From the NCBI GenBank assembly GCA_052327205.1, contig CM126225.1:48918001-48982000 (forward strand): a stretch of DNA of 64,000 nucleotides, written 5' to 3'. This DNA is from Somniosus microcephalus. Taxonomy: Eukaryota. This document shows positions 38,307 through 50,423 of this stretch, piece after piece (the stretch's first letter is position 1; every line of letters begins with the position of its first letter). The notes beneath the pieces were generated by a model. That model was not told where the DNA came from, searched no databases, and saw only the letters and a program-made list of their open reading frames with translations. The translations under genes and the position numbers were made by a program.

Positions 38307-38663
38307 TGGGGAGATTGTGACTTTCTCCCTCATGCCCCCAAGCGATTACTGATCTTTTGTGATTTCTTGAGGATAGCTTTATTTGAACCTAACTAGAAAT
38401 TGAGACACAATGAAATTTACTCTAATGGCCTTTTGCCCATCGCACTGAAATCCTCTTTATACTATTTTCCCTATAGATGAGGGGCTATTTTTTACCGGCA
38501 GATGTATTAAAGGCCGTCTATTGAAGGTTCTGATTTACTCGATGTTTTTTCATGCTGACCGTTTAGCCCAATGAGGCTTGCTGCTCACCAGCATGTCTGA
38601 TATTTATATCACTGATGTAGAACTCGTAGCTCAATACTCTAACATGTTTCTCTTACTTACTAG

Positions 38664-38775
38664 GTATTTGCCTCCTGAATGTTTTGTTGTTGGGAAAGAG
38701 CCTCCTAAGATCTCCAATAAGGTAGACGTTTGGTCTATGGGAGTTATCTTCTACCAGTGTCTCTATGGACGCAAG
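38664..38775 (+). CDS. TLK2: TLK2 kinase exon ([37 protein letters not shown])
   Basis: tactag|G...AAG|gtaact; 112 nt, phase 2-0. Confidence 0.97.
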
Positions 38776-39060
38776 GTAACTTCTGGTTTCTGCTTTTCTT
38801 TAAAAATATTCACCTGTTATTGTGAACAGTTTTATTTACATTGTAGTGTTGCAAAGTTGACTTAAAGAGCACCCTTTGGGTCTAAATAAAAATTGACCCT
38901 GTAAATCTGGAAACCAGTTTACAGTCCACAAAATATTTTCTTTTTAAATTAATGGAAAGGAAATCAGGCAGGCTCCTGTACAGGCATGCACTGCAATCCG
39001 CCCAAGTTACCTGTATTCGCTGCACCCAGTTCTGAGGTCGTGAGAGGCGCTATATAAAAG

Positions 39061-39109
39061 TCTTTTTCCTTCCTCTTTTTTTTCTCTCTCTCCCCCTCTC
39101 CCCCCCCCC

Positions 39110-39150
<41 letters not shown>

Positions 39151-39177
39151 CCCTTTCCCTCTCCCTTTCCCTTCTTT
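39061..39177 (+). repeat. Polypyrimidine tract with C21 and (CT)n
   Basis: Read directly; follows a SINE tail remnant (aggcgctatataaaagtcttt). Confidence 0.9.
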
Positions 39178-39720
39178 CAACATATAGAAGAATCTTTGGC
39201 AAGCCTTGTTCTGGTTTGTGGATGCTCAGATGCTGTACACTTGTGTGACCGGAATTAAAAGTAATTCTTTTCAGTCCTCTCCACAGTTATGTTCTGTTTA
39301 TTTTTAACAGTTTGTCTGCTGGTCAACAGCCAGTATATTGTTCAGTACCCCTATCTTTAATGTTATGGTGGCTGTAGTTCTGTTGTAACTCATTCAGATT
39401 GCAGAGCTGAGTTTTGATGCTAGGTGGAACTAAGCAAACTACTTTCTGCTGCACTTGTCACAAATATTTTCATGGGTGTAGTTGAGGAGCTGAGGTTCTC
39501 CCCTCTGCTGACCGCCCCTCCCCCCTCCCAATTAAGAGAGTTATTGTTTAGGATTGGTTGTGTGCTGTCTGCCTCTTTCTCAGGAGACCAGATGGTGAAG
39601 CACACTTGAACACAGCTACCCAAAAGTAAGGTTTACCAAAAGTTATCAGAAAGCATTTTGATCACTGTTCATGGCTTTGTAATTAAATGTATTAGCGTTT
39701 AAAGACTGACTAGATACTTG

Positions 39721-40071
39721 TCAGCACGGTGGCATAAGTGGTTAGCACTGTTGCCTCACAGCGCCAGGGACCCGGGTTCGAATCCGGCCTCGGGTGACTG
39801 TCTGTGTGGAGTTTGCACATTCTCCCCGTGTTTGCGTGGGTTTCCTCCGGGTGCTCCGGTTTCCTCCCACAGTCCAAAGATGTGCGGGTTAGGTTGATTG
39901 GCTATGATAAATTGACCTTAGTGTTAGGGGGATTAAATACGTGGGGTTACGGGGATAGGGTGGGATATGTGTTGGTGTAGGGGTTACGGGGATCGGGTGG
40001 GATATGTGTTGGTGCAGGCTCGATGGGCCGAAATGGCCTCTATCTGCACTGTGGGGTTTCTGTGATCTGTG
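39721..40071 (+). mobile_element. Full-length HE1/V-SINE (tRNA head, V-domain, CR1-type tail)
   Basis: A box tggcataagtgg, B box ggttcgaatcc, V-domain gtgtggagtttgcacattctccccgtgtttgcgtgggtttcctccggg; acttg on both flanks. Confidence 0.93.
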
Positions 40072-40923
40072 ACTTGCTGCTCAGTTAATCATTCACCGAC
40101 CAAAGCAGTTGGCACATTAGCCTATGAAGCATTCCATCGCACTAGAGTCAGTTTCTTGGTGATTTTGTATATTCAGGTAGACTGGCAAATGCAGTAAGAT
40201 AAACCTAGCGATGAACCCCATTTCCTGAACAGATGTTGATAGAACATATAGGCGTTCTTAATATTTGAAATGTGATGACACTCCCTATTTGTCACGGTGG
40301 GCTCATGCTGGAGTCCGGGAAGTATGCTGGGTTCTGGAGGGAGTGGTATTGGTCGTACAGGTATAGTCTGAGCCTTGAAGAATGGCCTAATCTGGTGATC
40401 CCGTTCTCATGCTGGGATCTGGCTCCATTTCAAACTAGTCCTGGGAGCTCTCTGTTGTACCAGATTGGATCAGAGGGTGGGTGGACCTAGCAGGATCTTC
40501 AGGGAAGGTGCCAGTGTTCTAAGTTGAAAGGGTTTTATCAACGACGAGTGTTTCTAGCTCCATATTGGCCTCTTCCTGGAGCCTATGACTGGTAAGCTGT
40601 AAAGACAAAACGGTAGAGAGACATCGCTCTCCATTCTCAGCAATAGATTTTGGTTGGAGACCAGGGACCATTCAGAACTGCTTGAATCTGGTCCACTCAA
40701 TAGTAGTATCTGAAGTTTGGGAGGCTGAGGGTTCTGTCATTTTGAGAGCTTGAGACATGTTTGTGGGCTCTTGTAAAGTTGCATTTTTTCCAATATATAT
40801 AAAAAGAACTAGGGGGGTACTTTGAAAATTCTTTCACTTTCAAGCTTCTGGTTCATACACTAATGACTGCTTGCTGTTGATTTTATCTCTGACGTGCTTC
40901 ACTTTTTCCCCTCCATTCCATAG

Positions 40924-41031
40924 CCATTTGGTCACAACCAGTCGCAACAGGACATCCTTCAGGAAAACACGATTCTGAAAGCCACGGAGGTGCAGTTCCC
41001 TCAGAAGCCAGTGAACAGCGCAGAAGCAAAG
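40924..41031 (+). CDS. TLK2: TLK2 kinase exon ([36 protein letters not shown])
   Basis: ccatag|CCA...AAG|gtaagg; 108 nt, phase 0-0. Confidence 0.97.
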
Positions 41032-41629
41032 GTAAGGCTATCCAGCCAAAGCCACATGATGGATACAAGAAGAAAAACAAAGCCCTGTTAATAGGAAGCT
41101 GCCTGGCCCTGCTGTTTTATTGTACTTGCCAAATAATATTCCATTTAGATTTTTTCCGGCAGTTTTGCTGCAGTTGCTCAAAGCATCACAGCCGCGATAT
41201 AATGGACCCCAGGATGGTGGGACGTGTGTGTGCACATGGTCCTCCATGCATTGAATTCCCATGTTTTTCTGGAGCGAGAATCATTTGTGTGCACCTCTCG
41301 CGCACCCCTTATTGGCCAGATATAGAGCAGCATTGATGGAGGCCTGACCGCAGGCTGTTCCTTGACTGTGAAGAGGGGAGCGGGGTTGGGGGTGAGCAAT
41401 CCTTGGTGGTGGGGCAAGAAAAGAGTCTTCACATCACCAAATAACTTCAACGTAGTGACTTTTTGTTTGTTTTTATGCCCACACTCCACCCTGCCGGTTA
41501 TATTGACATGGTGCCTATAAGAAACACCAAATCTTACAGCTGTGTGGAACCAAATAGCTACAGGGGCATTTCAGTTTGGGAGCAAATTGAAACTGCAAAT
41601 AATCTATTTAAATTCAGCAATTCAGTTTC

Positions 41630-41815
41630 TTCGTCGCCGCTGGGTCAAAATCCTTGAACTCCCTACCTAACCGCACTGGGAGTACCTTCACCACACTGAC
41701 TGCAGCGGTTCAAGAAGGCGGCTCACCACCACCTTCTCTAGGGCAACTAGGGATGGGCAATAAATGCTGGCCTTGCCAGCGACACCCACATCCCGTGAAT
41801 GAATTTAAAAAAAAT
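41630..41815 (+). mobile_element. Second-family LINE 3' end
   Basis: gctgggtcaaaatcc...ttcaagaaggcggctcaccaccacc...gggcaataaatgctggccttgccagcg. Confidence 0.8.
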
Positions 41816-44261
41816 GTTGGGATGGTATTTTTCTTAAATATTTCAATTAAAGTTGTCTGACTCAACTATTGAACATTGGAGGTATGGCAGTCGAGCTAGT
41901 TCTCTCCTGACATCCAGGCATGTTCATTTCCAGCAGGGAACACTGAACAGCAATCCAAGAGCGGGATGGAGTCGTGGGCAAGGCTGTGGAGCTTTTGTCC
42001 AGAGTTGAAGAGACTGGGTGGTTTTCGGTTGGATATTGGGATCCTCCTGGCCAGTATGACTCCGCTGTTCATTTGGCTTTGCTGAGCCACGAGGAGCCTG
42101 TGTTTCAGGCTGTTTGTGGAGAAAGTGAACTAGCCGTACAATGTTTTTCCCTGTCACATTATGTCAGCACCCAAAACATGTTCTTCCATTGCAGCAGGTT
42201 TTCTCGGGATGCAGTACCTTTGGATCTACACATTAATTTCCACACTCCCTTTGCAAGGCCAACTGATGACATTTATTGAGGAGTCAGAGGTTCCTTGTGA
42301 ATTGAGGGGAAAATTCCTAGAACCAGCCCTTTACATATGCCTGGTGCAAACTGTTGACAGGAATGCCCGAGGCAAGGTTCAAATTCCTCATTTATATTAG
42401 TGGGTGTTAGGGCTGATGGTGAAAGCCATATTTATGGATTGAATACAAGACTATCTGGGACCACTACAATTGAATTGTTTCAGGTATCTGCTACCAAGTC
42501 AGTTTGTGTTGTTCCTAGATGTTGACCAGTAGGCAGCCAATGCGGTAAGATAGTGGTGTAGGGAAGAGGTAAATTGTGACGACCACTTCATTTCTATGTC
42601 ACGCCTGACAATTGCCTCCCTTGTGAGGATGGTCACAAGGGGCGTGGCCCGTCACAGTAATAAGGTACATAACTAAACATTGGGAGACTCTCTTGTGTTG
42701 CGAACGAATGGATGTAGCACTGGTACAGTCAGGATATCAGTGTTTTTGATACTCAGAGCAGAACATTATGTCAAATGCTTGGACCAGGGTCCAATCAATC
42801 TAGGCACAATCCAGGTGAGGGTCAGCAGAATCTAATGACTGTTCAGCTTTTTGTGGCAGGAATCCAAATAGTCAAGCTGTAGTGTTGGACTGTCTGGGAC
42901 TCTGGATGGAGAGATTCTCTGTGCCTGCCCACCATGTCAGCCTTGTACTCTGGATCATTCCCACTAGCTGAATGGCAGAGATGGTGGCTGAGGAAAATGT
43001 TCTTGTACCTATTGGAACTGTGTGAATAGAGATCAACATGTTTTGTTTTGTGCTAGATATGGTACAGTCACCCTCAGTCTTCATGTGACAGCTGTGTTAG
43101 AGGGCCAGTCTAATTAATGATTCTCTTCCTTCAGTGGTGGAGAGCTGTTTAGCTTCACAGAAATCATCCACTTTGAAAGCTTATAATAACCGGAAGCGGT
43201 TTGTATAAGGGTAATGAATGCATCCCTTTGGGTATGATCCACCTGTCCTTGTAGTATTCACACTGTTCATTGACTCTGGAACAGTTGGTTCGGATAGCAG
43301 ACATTCTAACTTTCCTGCTTTTGGTGGCGATCTGATAGGGTGAATATGCACTGGTAGACGTATCTTTAAAGTCAATTTCTTCTACGTTCCTTAGTGCCTA
43401 ACGAGGATTTGAATAATCTTCTGCAGAAATTTGCACCTCAACCCATGGTCTCTTGAGATTGCCTTCAAGATGGTTAGACTGGTGGCTTTATTTTTGATGC
43501 ACAGGCTTGCTGAGATTTGTATTGTACTAGTAGACCCATCGTGTATAATTTAGCATTCTGGTCAGGCAACCCTAAAACCGCATCTAAACTTTGCGCCAAA
43601 ATTTGCATACGGTGAGATTTGTTTACATGTTTACAACCACCTGTTCGAAAGCAGGAGTAATTTTGTTGCGTTAATAGCCCCAACGTTCTGGGTAGATGGA
43701 ACCAAGGACATCAGCCAATTCAGGCAGTAGATTTGTTTGGCCATAAAATCTTAGCTAAACCTATTACGAAATGATGTCCAGCCAACTGCAGTTAGTGTAA
43801 ACCACCCTTTAGCTGGTTATGATTAACCAGGAAAAGATCAGGCTTATCTTAAATCAGGATCAGTATAAGCGAGTTTATTGGTGTTCTTTTGCCTGGCAGC
43901 TATATAAAGTAATCGGCTTTCATAAATCTTTACTGGCCTGAGATGCACTTTGTGTAGGTCTGAACGTGGTGATAGGTATATAACTTTTGAGGGTTAGTCC
44001 AGGATTAGTCGAGATAAAAATGACAAGTCATGGCACGTGTAGCAACAGTCATGGACATGATTTGTCACGGTTCGGGATTCTGTAGCAATTTTTTTTCCAT
44101 GAAAGAGACTTGGACATGAGAAATTTTAATGTGTGTTTTGAATTAAAGGTTGCCTGGAAGGGAGCAGTTTCTCCAGACAACCTCATACCGGGATGGCCAT
44201 CCATAACAACAACAACAACTTGTATTTATATAGCGCCTTTAACATAGTAAAACGCACCAAA

Positions 44262-44765
44262 GTTGACCCGGCGGGCCTCGGGTCTGGGAGTTGATCCGGC
44301 GAGCCTCGGGTCTGGGAGTTGATCCGGCGGGCCTCGGGTCTGGACGTTGACCCGGCGGGCCTCGGGTCTGGACGTTGACCCGGCGGGCCTCGGGTCTGGA
44401 CGTTGACCCGGCGGGCCTCGGGTCTGGACGTTGACCCGGCGGGCCTCGGGTCTGGACGTTGACCCGGCGGGCCTCGGGTCTGGACGTTGACCCGGCGGGC
44501 CTCGGGTCTGGACGTTGACCCGGCGGGCCTCGGGTCTGGACGTTGACCCGGCGGGCCTCGGGTCTGGACGTTGACCCGGCGGGCCTCGGGTCTGGACGTT
44601 GACCCGGCGGGCCTTGGGTCTGGACGTTGACCCGGCGGGCCTCGGGTCTGGACGTTGACCCGGCGAGCCTCGGGCCTGGGAGTTGACCCGGCGGGCCTCG
44701 GGCCTGGGAGTTGACCCGGCGGGCCTCGGGTCTGGACGTTGACCCGGCGGGCCTCGGGTCTGGGA
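44262..44765 (+). repeat. GC/CpG-rich minisatellite, 28-bp unit GTTGACCCGGCGGGCCTCGGGTCTGGAC, about 18 copies
   Basis: Read directly; starts right after a SINE tail remnant (44205-44261). Confidence 0.97.
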
Positions 44766-45517
44766 GCCTGTGCTGGTTTAAATGTTCACTGCTATACAAG
44801 AGTAGTGGAGGTAAAAAAAAACGAGGCAGTTAAGAAACAATTGGATGCTGTGACGGGGTAACTGTAGGATCTTTCTGGATGGATGTGTTGAGATGGGTTA
44901 AATGACCATCCTCATCTATGTTGATCTTGTGATTTAATAACTCTGAGATGCACTTTAGTACGATCATGGCCTCAAAACTGGATCATCGCTTTCCAACTGT
45001 GTTTTGTCCTGTACTACTTTATGACTAATTAATAGGTTGAATAAATGAATGACTAACTGACTTAGGATATTTGGATTCTACCTCATTCTCTCAGCATAGT
45101 TGATCTCCACAGATAAATCTTCCTTGTCTGTGGCCCAGTCTTCACACTGACCAATTGGGCTTGCCTATTCCATCTCTGTACCCCCGGCAAGGTCCCACAA
45201 ACAGCAATGAGATAAATGACCAGGTATCTGTTTCTGATGTTGGTTGAGGGATCAATATTGGTCAGGATACTGGGGAGAGCTACCCAGCTCTTAGAAATAG
45301 TGCCGTGGAATCTTTTGCGTCCACCTGAGACGGCAGTCTCCCCTGCACTAGAAATGTCAACAAGAGGAAATCTTGGCTTTCTTTACAATTTTGCTACTAG
45401 TAGTAACTAAAGGAACCTACCCCACAAAATCTTTAGGGGGAGGAAGGCCTGCGTGGGGTACTGTTGCGCACACAGCCACTACCAACTTTTGCCAACTCTG
45501 CCGCCTCTGTCCAAAGC

Positions 45518-46043
45518 AACATAAGAACATAAGAACTAGGAGCAGGAGTAGGCCATTCGGCCCCTTGAGCCTGCTCTGCCATTCAATAAGATCATGGCTG
45601 ATCATCGACCTCAACTCCACTTTCCTGCTCGCTCCCCATAACCCTTGATTCCCCTGTTTTTCAAAAATCTGTCTATCTCCGCCTTGAATATATTCACTGA
45701 CTCCGCCTCCACCGCTCTCTGGGGTAGAGAATTCCACAGATTCACGACCCTCTCAGGGAAGAAATTCCTCCTCATCTCCGTTTTAAATGGACGACCCCTT
45801 ATTCTGAAACTATGCCCCCTAGTTCTAGATTCCCCCACGAGGGGAAACATCCTCTTTGCATCTACCCTGTCAAGTCCCCTCAGTATCTTGTATGTTTCAA
45901 TAAGATCACCTCTCATTCTTCTAAACTCCAATGAGAATAGGCCCAAACTGCTCAGCCTTTCCTCATAAGACAACCCCTTCAACTCGGTAATCAACCTCGT
46001 GAACCTTCTCTGAACCGCCTCCAATGCAAGTATACCCTTCCTT
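45518..46043 (-). mobile_element. CR1 LINE 3' fragment
   Basis: ORF 45611-46231 C-terminal part (ALEAVQRRFTRLI...RVVNLWNSLPQRAVEA). Confidence 0.93.
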
Positions 46044-46269
46044 CCACGAATGAAGCTGCTCCAGTGTGCGTGTAATTGGAATGGTTTCAGGTATAATGGA
46101 CCTGTATTGGCACGCCTCCACTGATGGGAGAGTGAATGACAAAATTGCAACCAAGTCATCTCGGGTAGACGAGTTTTTTGTGTGTAAATCACATAGATAA
46201 CACGTAACTTTATAAAAGATTTTATAAACACAATTTTAAAACGAGGTAAATATAATAGTTCAGAAAATT

Positions 46270-47390
46270 GATTATATTGCTAAAAGGAAATGCAACGGAT
46301 GCTGTGTATACGGATTTACAAAATTAATTTGTCATAGGCTTTTGATAAAGCTAAGACATGTGATATTAAAGGGAATGCGGTAGCATGGATAGGAAGTTGG
46401 TTAAAGGACAAAAGAGAGGAATGGTTAATGGATGTGTTTCAGACTGGAGGGATCAGTATTGGGAACATTGTTAACTTCTATATTAAATATCTTGTACATT
46501 TCCTGACAACATAAGCTTACTGCCTGCGTCATGATTTTTGACAACATTTATAATGACAAGGTATGTCAACTTTTTACAATGGGCAAAGCCTATCTGCCCG
46601 TCGCAGTGTAGCTGAACAGTGAAGTCACCAAGATCAACCTGCTGCGTCATGGGTTTATTTTCTGCATGCACCAGTTTTTTTTAACTCTGGGTGGCCTTCG
46701 TAGATTGGGCAGGTACGTGTCAGATGAAATTTAATGCAGATAAATATGAGGTGATGCATTTTGTGGGGGGCCGACAGAGAAGCCGAGAGACTTGGGGGTT
46801 CAGATTTACGAACCTTTTAAAAGAGGGCAAGTTGCTAAAAGCTGTTTTTAAGAAAAAAATAAGGGATCTTGCATTTTATAGATAGGGGTGTAGAGTACAT
46901 AAGCAGAGATTAAGCTAAACCTATAGAAACCATTACATAGGCCACAGTTTGACTTGTTTCCATTTTTAGGAAGGATGTCCAGGTCATGGAGAGAATGCAG
47001 AATAAATTTACTAAGATGATAGATTAGAGAAACTGGGACACTTCATTAGAACAAAAGTTTGAAAGGAGATCTGACAGTGGTGTTCAAAATGATGAGGGGT
47101 TTTGACAAGATAAATTGGGGGAAAAACTATTTCCATTGGTCATGGAGTCAGTAAGTAGAGAACATAAGTTTAAGATCAAAAGAACAAGGAGAGGTTAGGA
47201 GAGAGTTTTTATTTATGCAGAGGATTATCAGGACAGGGAATGCCCTTGCAGAAATGGTGAAATCCACAACGGTAAGTGGATAAATATTTGAAAAGGGACA
47301 TTTGATAAAGATATGGGGCACGGGCAGAGAAGTGGGACAGTTTTCAGAGAGCTGGTGGTGCACAGTGAATGGCCTCCTTCTGCACTAACA
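46270..47390 (+). mobile_element. Highly degenerate CR1 RT fragments
   Basis: Remnants DAVYTDL..AFDK, WIGSWLKD and WAGTCQMKFNADKYEVMHF; tail gaatggcctccttctg. Confidence 0.7.
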
Positions 47391-47511
47391 TTCCAAGTCC
47401 AATTTGTACTTTCCTCTTCCAAATTCCAAATGGTTAGCTCAGTTAAAATGACTGACGGCTATTCATGTATACGTCCAAGTTCCTCATTTGAAGAATTAAG
47501 CAATATCATAC

Positions 47512-48006
47512 GATGGCAAAATACTGCGGATACTGGAAATCTGAAATAACAACAGAAAATGCTGGAAACACTCAGCAGGTCAGGCAGCATCCGTGGAGAG
47601 AGAAACAGAGTTAACGTTTCAGATCTGTGACCCTTCGTCAGAACTGGAAAAAGTTAGGGATGTAACAGGTTTTAAACAGGTGCAGAGGCAGGGAAGTGGG
47701 GGGTGGGGAGGAAAGAACTAAAGGGACGATCTGTGATAGGGTGGAAGGCAGGAGAGATTAAATGTTGCAAATGGGGATGGCAGAATAATCAGCAGCTGCC
47801 GCCTGAAAAATGGGGGCAAAGGTTATGGTCTGAAATTGTTGAACTCAATGAGTCCAGAAGGCTGTAAAGTGCCTAATCGAAAGATGAGGTGCTGTTCCTC
47901 GAGCTTACGTTGAGCTTCATTGGAACAGTGTAAGAGGCCGAGGTCAAAGTGGGAGTGGAGCAGAGAATTAAAGTGACAAGCGACCGGAAGCTCGGGGTCA
48001 CCCTTA
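47512..48006 (-). mobile_element. Penelope-like element 3' end (GIY-YIG C-terminus plus terminal repeat)
   Basis: Minus strand translates DPELPVACHFNSLLHSH...EAQRKLEEQHLIFRLGTLQPSGL; 11-bp TSD caatatcatac at 47501-47511 and 48007-48017. Confidence 0.9.
47608..47645 (-). ncRNA. Putative minimal type-I hammerhead ribozyme (PLE-associated)
   Basis: Minus strand: AGUU CUGACGA A GGGUC-ACA-GAUCU GAAA C GUU AACU; helix I AGUU/AACU, ACGU palindrome in place of helix III. Confidence 0.6.
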
Positions 48007-48198
48007 CAATATCATACCTTTGGTTCCTGGTATTGAGCACAGTCATTCATTTTCAAAAAAAAACTTTTGAGTCTTAGTTATTTTGACTTACTTCCCTGTC
48101 AGTACCAAGATGATCAGCTACTTGTCAATATTTCTGAGAATTTTATAATATTATGGAACTTAGGGGATATTATTATTTTTTCTCTAATTCTACTGCAG

Positions 48199-48366
48199 GC
48201 CTTTATCCGCCGCTGTCTGGCATATCGTAAAGAGGACCGAATAGATGTTCAGCAACTCGCCAGTGACCCATACTTGATGCCTCATATTAGGAAGTCAGTG
48301 GCTAGCACGAGCCCAGGTGTGGTCGCATCAACCTCTGGATTATCTAATAACAACACTTCAAACTGA
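48199..48366 (+). CDS. TLK2: TLK2 last coding exon ([34 protein letters not shown]...SNNNTSN*)
   Basis: ctgcag|GCC...AAC TGA; 55 codons plus stop; [10 protein letters not shown] and the Ser/Asn-rich tail are TLK2-type. Confidence 0.97.
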   Translation, partial: AFIRRCLAYRKEDRIDVQQLASDPYLMPHIRKSVASTSPGVVASTSGLSNNNTSN

Positions 48367-50309
48367 GCATGCAGACTATCCGCCGAGATAGTACATTAAA
48401 GAAAAGGAGTCCAGAATCCGTGCTGGTGATATCCTGATTTGTACCAGGTGTTTTCCCCGTGTCTGTCCACCTGTGGGGAAGAACGTCCTCACTGATTCTC
48501 CGAAGAGAGATGGACAGAGACTGCGATTCTCCAGGCAGGAAGCAAGGAGGTGACGACAGAGGCTATGAATCACGGACCATGACTGATGGCTGCTAATGAA
48601 AAGGACAATGATCAGAATCTGCATCCTGCTCCCATGTCCCTTGGCTGTAGCCCAGACACAACCTTGAACTGAAAGTGGCTTTGTGCTGGAAGAGGGTGTT
48701 TGCCTTTAAATGCTTTTCCCTCCCCCCCCAAAAAATACGAATTGGTAACATCTGCTTCAAATTGAGCAGAGATATCGGACTGGGGACTTGACTGTTTCAA
48801 GGTTTTTGAGGCTGCCTGTTGGTGGCAGTGGTGTTCTTTTTCAGTTTGTTATGGATACAGTTCTATTGGTCTTTAAAAAAAATTGGAGCATTTCTCTTCC
48901 TCCCTCTCCCCACCCCCATTCCACAGCCCAGATTCCTGTCCATTTGCTTTCTGACTCTGTTTCTATGCTGCTTTTGCTTGCACTGTTCCTGCAGTACTTT
49001 AACACGTTTGCTCATTTGCTGATTGGGTGGGTATAGATTGAGGCACAGACAACACTAAGACTTTGAAGAATCTGCAACAGGAAAAATACTTTGATTTGAC
49101 ATTTAGGCATCTGCTTTTTCAGCTTTTTTTTTTTGTTTTTTGCTCCGTCCTGGTAATGGGTCATTTAAAAAAAAAATTTAATCCCTCTTGCTCACCCTCC
49201 CCAAACCAGGCCCTTCACTTCAGCTTTTGGTGGTCTTGCTTTGCACAGTTTAGTTGCCAACTGGTTTGGTGCATTTAAAGAGCCAGGCCAACACAATGTC
49301 TGTGATCCACTGTTGGTTTCCACCTGAATTTTTTTATTTTGGGTGGGAAAATAATTGAAAGTATTCAGCTGGGAAAACGCAGATGTCCAAACGTGTCTGA
49401 CTTTCACGTGACTGCTTTCATTTCCTTTTTAAGTAATAAATCCTTCAGGGCGGAAAATTGTCTTTGTATGTGAATGGTTCAAATTCAGTATTTTTTTTAT
49501 TTTTTTTTTAAGTTGAGGGGTCTAGCTCTGGTCAATAAATATTGATGTTAATTGGCCACATCCCATCCCTTCCCATGACCGCTCCTTGTTGAGTGACCAA
49601 ATGACCAGTTAACCTGGTAACTACAGAGCCCCGAGTTGTTGGTCAGAGTTGGGCGAAGTGCTGCTGGACCCCACCCTGGGGCAGGCAGTGGTTGGATGCA
49701 GTTGGTCAAATGTAATAAAATCAACCCCCCCCCCCCCACCGAGGGATAGTTGATCTTCTGGTTAAGCACATTATATTTCTGAGCATTTTTCCCAAGTATA
49801 AAGCTAAACGTTTCTCTTTACTTTTTGTGAGGAAAACTATTACCAAGAAGTGTGTAGCTCCTATTTTTTTTTTTAAGTATAAACTTACAGCACAGGAGTA
49901 AAATTTAGGTAAAATAAGACATCAGCTCAGACTAGTATCATAGACTCCTACAGCACAGACGAAGGCCATTCAGCCCATCATGCCTGTACTGCCCCAGTTG
50001 TTTTTTGTTGGGTGAGCAAGTCCATTTGAGTAGTTCTGAATGAAATGCTTTTCATAATGTTTGCTTTTATTGGAGTAGGAAGAGGGTTACATGTTTGCAA
50101 AATACACTAAATTCATACTTTTTTTTGAGTGCAGGTACTGATTTGTCACTCGAGGTTATCTCAAACTGAATATGGATGACGATTATCCTGAGGGTGGTCT
50201 TGTTCCTGAACTCCTGTATGTTCACTGCAAACCTTGTAGAACAGTAAGCAAATTGTGCACTTGTGTGTGAAGGGTGTTGGCCCAGAGTGGAGAGAGTGCT
50301 ATGCTCCTA

Positions 50310-50423
50310 CTCGTGTACGTGCTCTCTCTCTCTCTGCCCTCTCGTGCACTCCCTCTCTCCTTCATTCTCGTGTACGTGCTCTCTCTCTCTCTGCCCTCTC
50401 ATGCACTTCCTCTCTTCTTCATT
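50310..50423 (+). repeat. 57-bp tandem duplication, CT-rich, in the candidate 3'UTR
   Basis: ctcgtgtacgtgctctctctctctctgccctctc(g/a)tgcact...ttcatt twice, starting at 50310 and 50367. Confidence 0.9.

Noticed and set aside
36252-38396. Long ORFs (693, 501 and 403 aa) resembling Pro/Thr/His-rich or Gly/Trp/Cys-rich repeat proteins
   Set aside because: They are translations of the 38-bp minisatellite, which lacks stops in most frames on both strands; no exon structure.
39721-39795. tRNA gene
   Set aside because: The A/B boxes are the head of an HE1/V-SINE that continues into the SINE body; the same applies to the heads at about 17530-17580, 56580-56640 and 62300-62355.
41759-41764. Intronic AATAAA as a premature poly(A) site
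   Set aside because: Part of a LINE 3' end, with no independent sign of use.
44262-44765. CRISPR-like array (28-bp palindromic repeat)
   Set aside because: Units are directly adjacent with no unique spacers, there are no cas genes, and the context is a vertebrate intron.
44239-44799. 186-aa collagen-like (GPPGQ) repeat ORF on the minus strand
   Set aside because: Translation of the 28-bp minisatellite; no sustained Gly-X-Y pattern.
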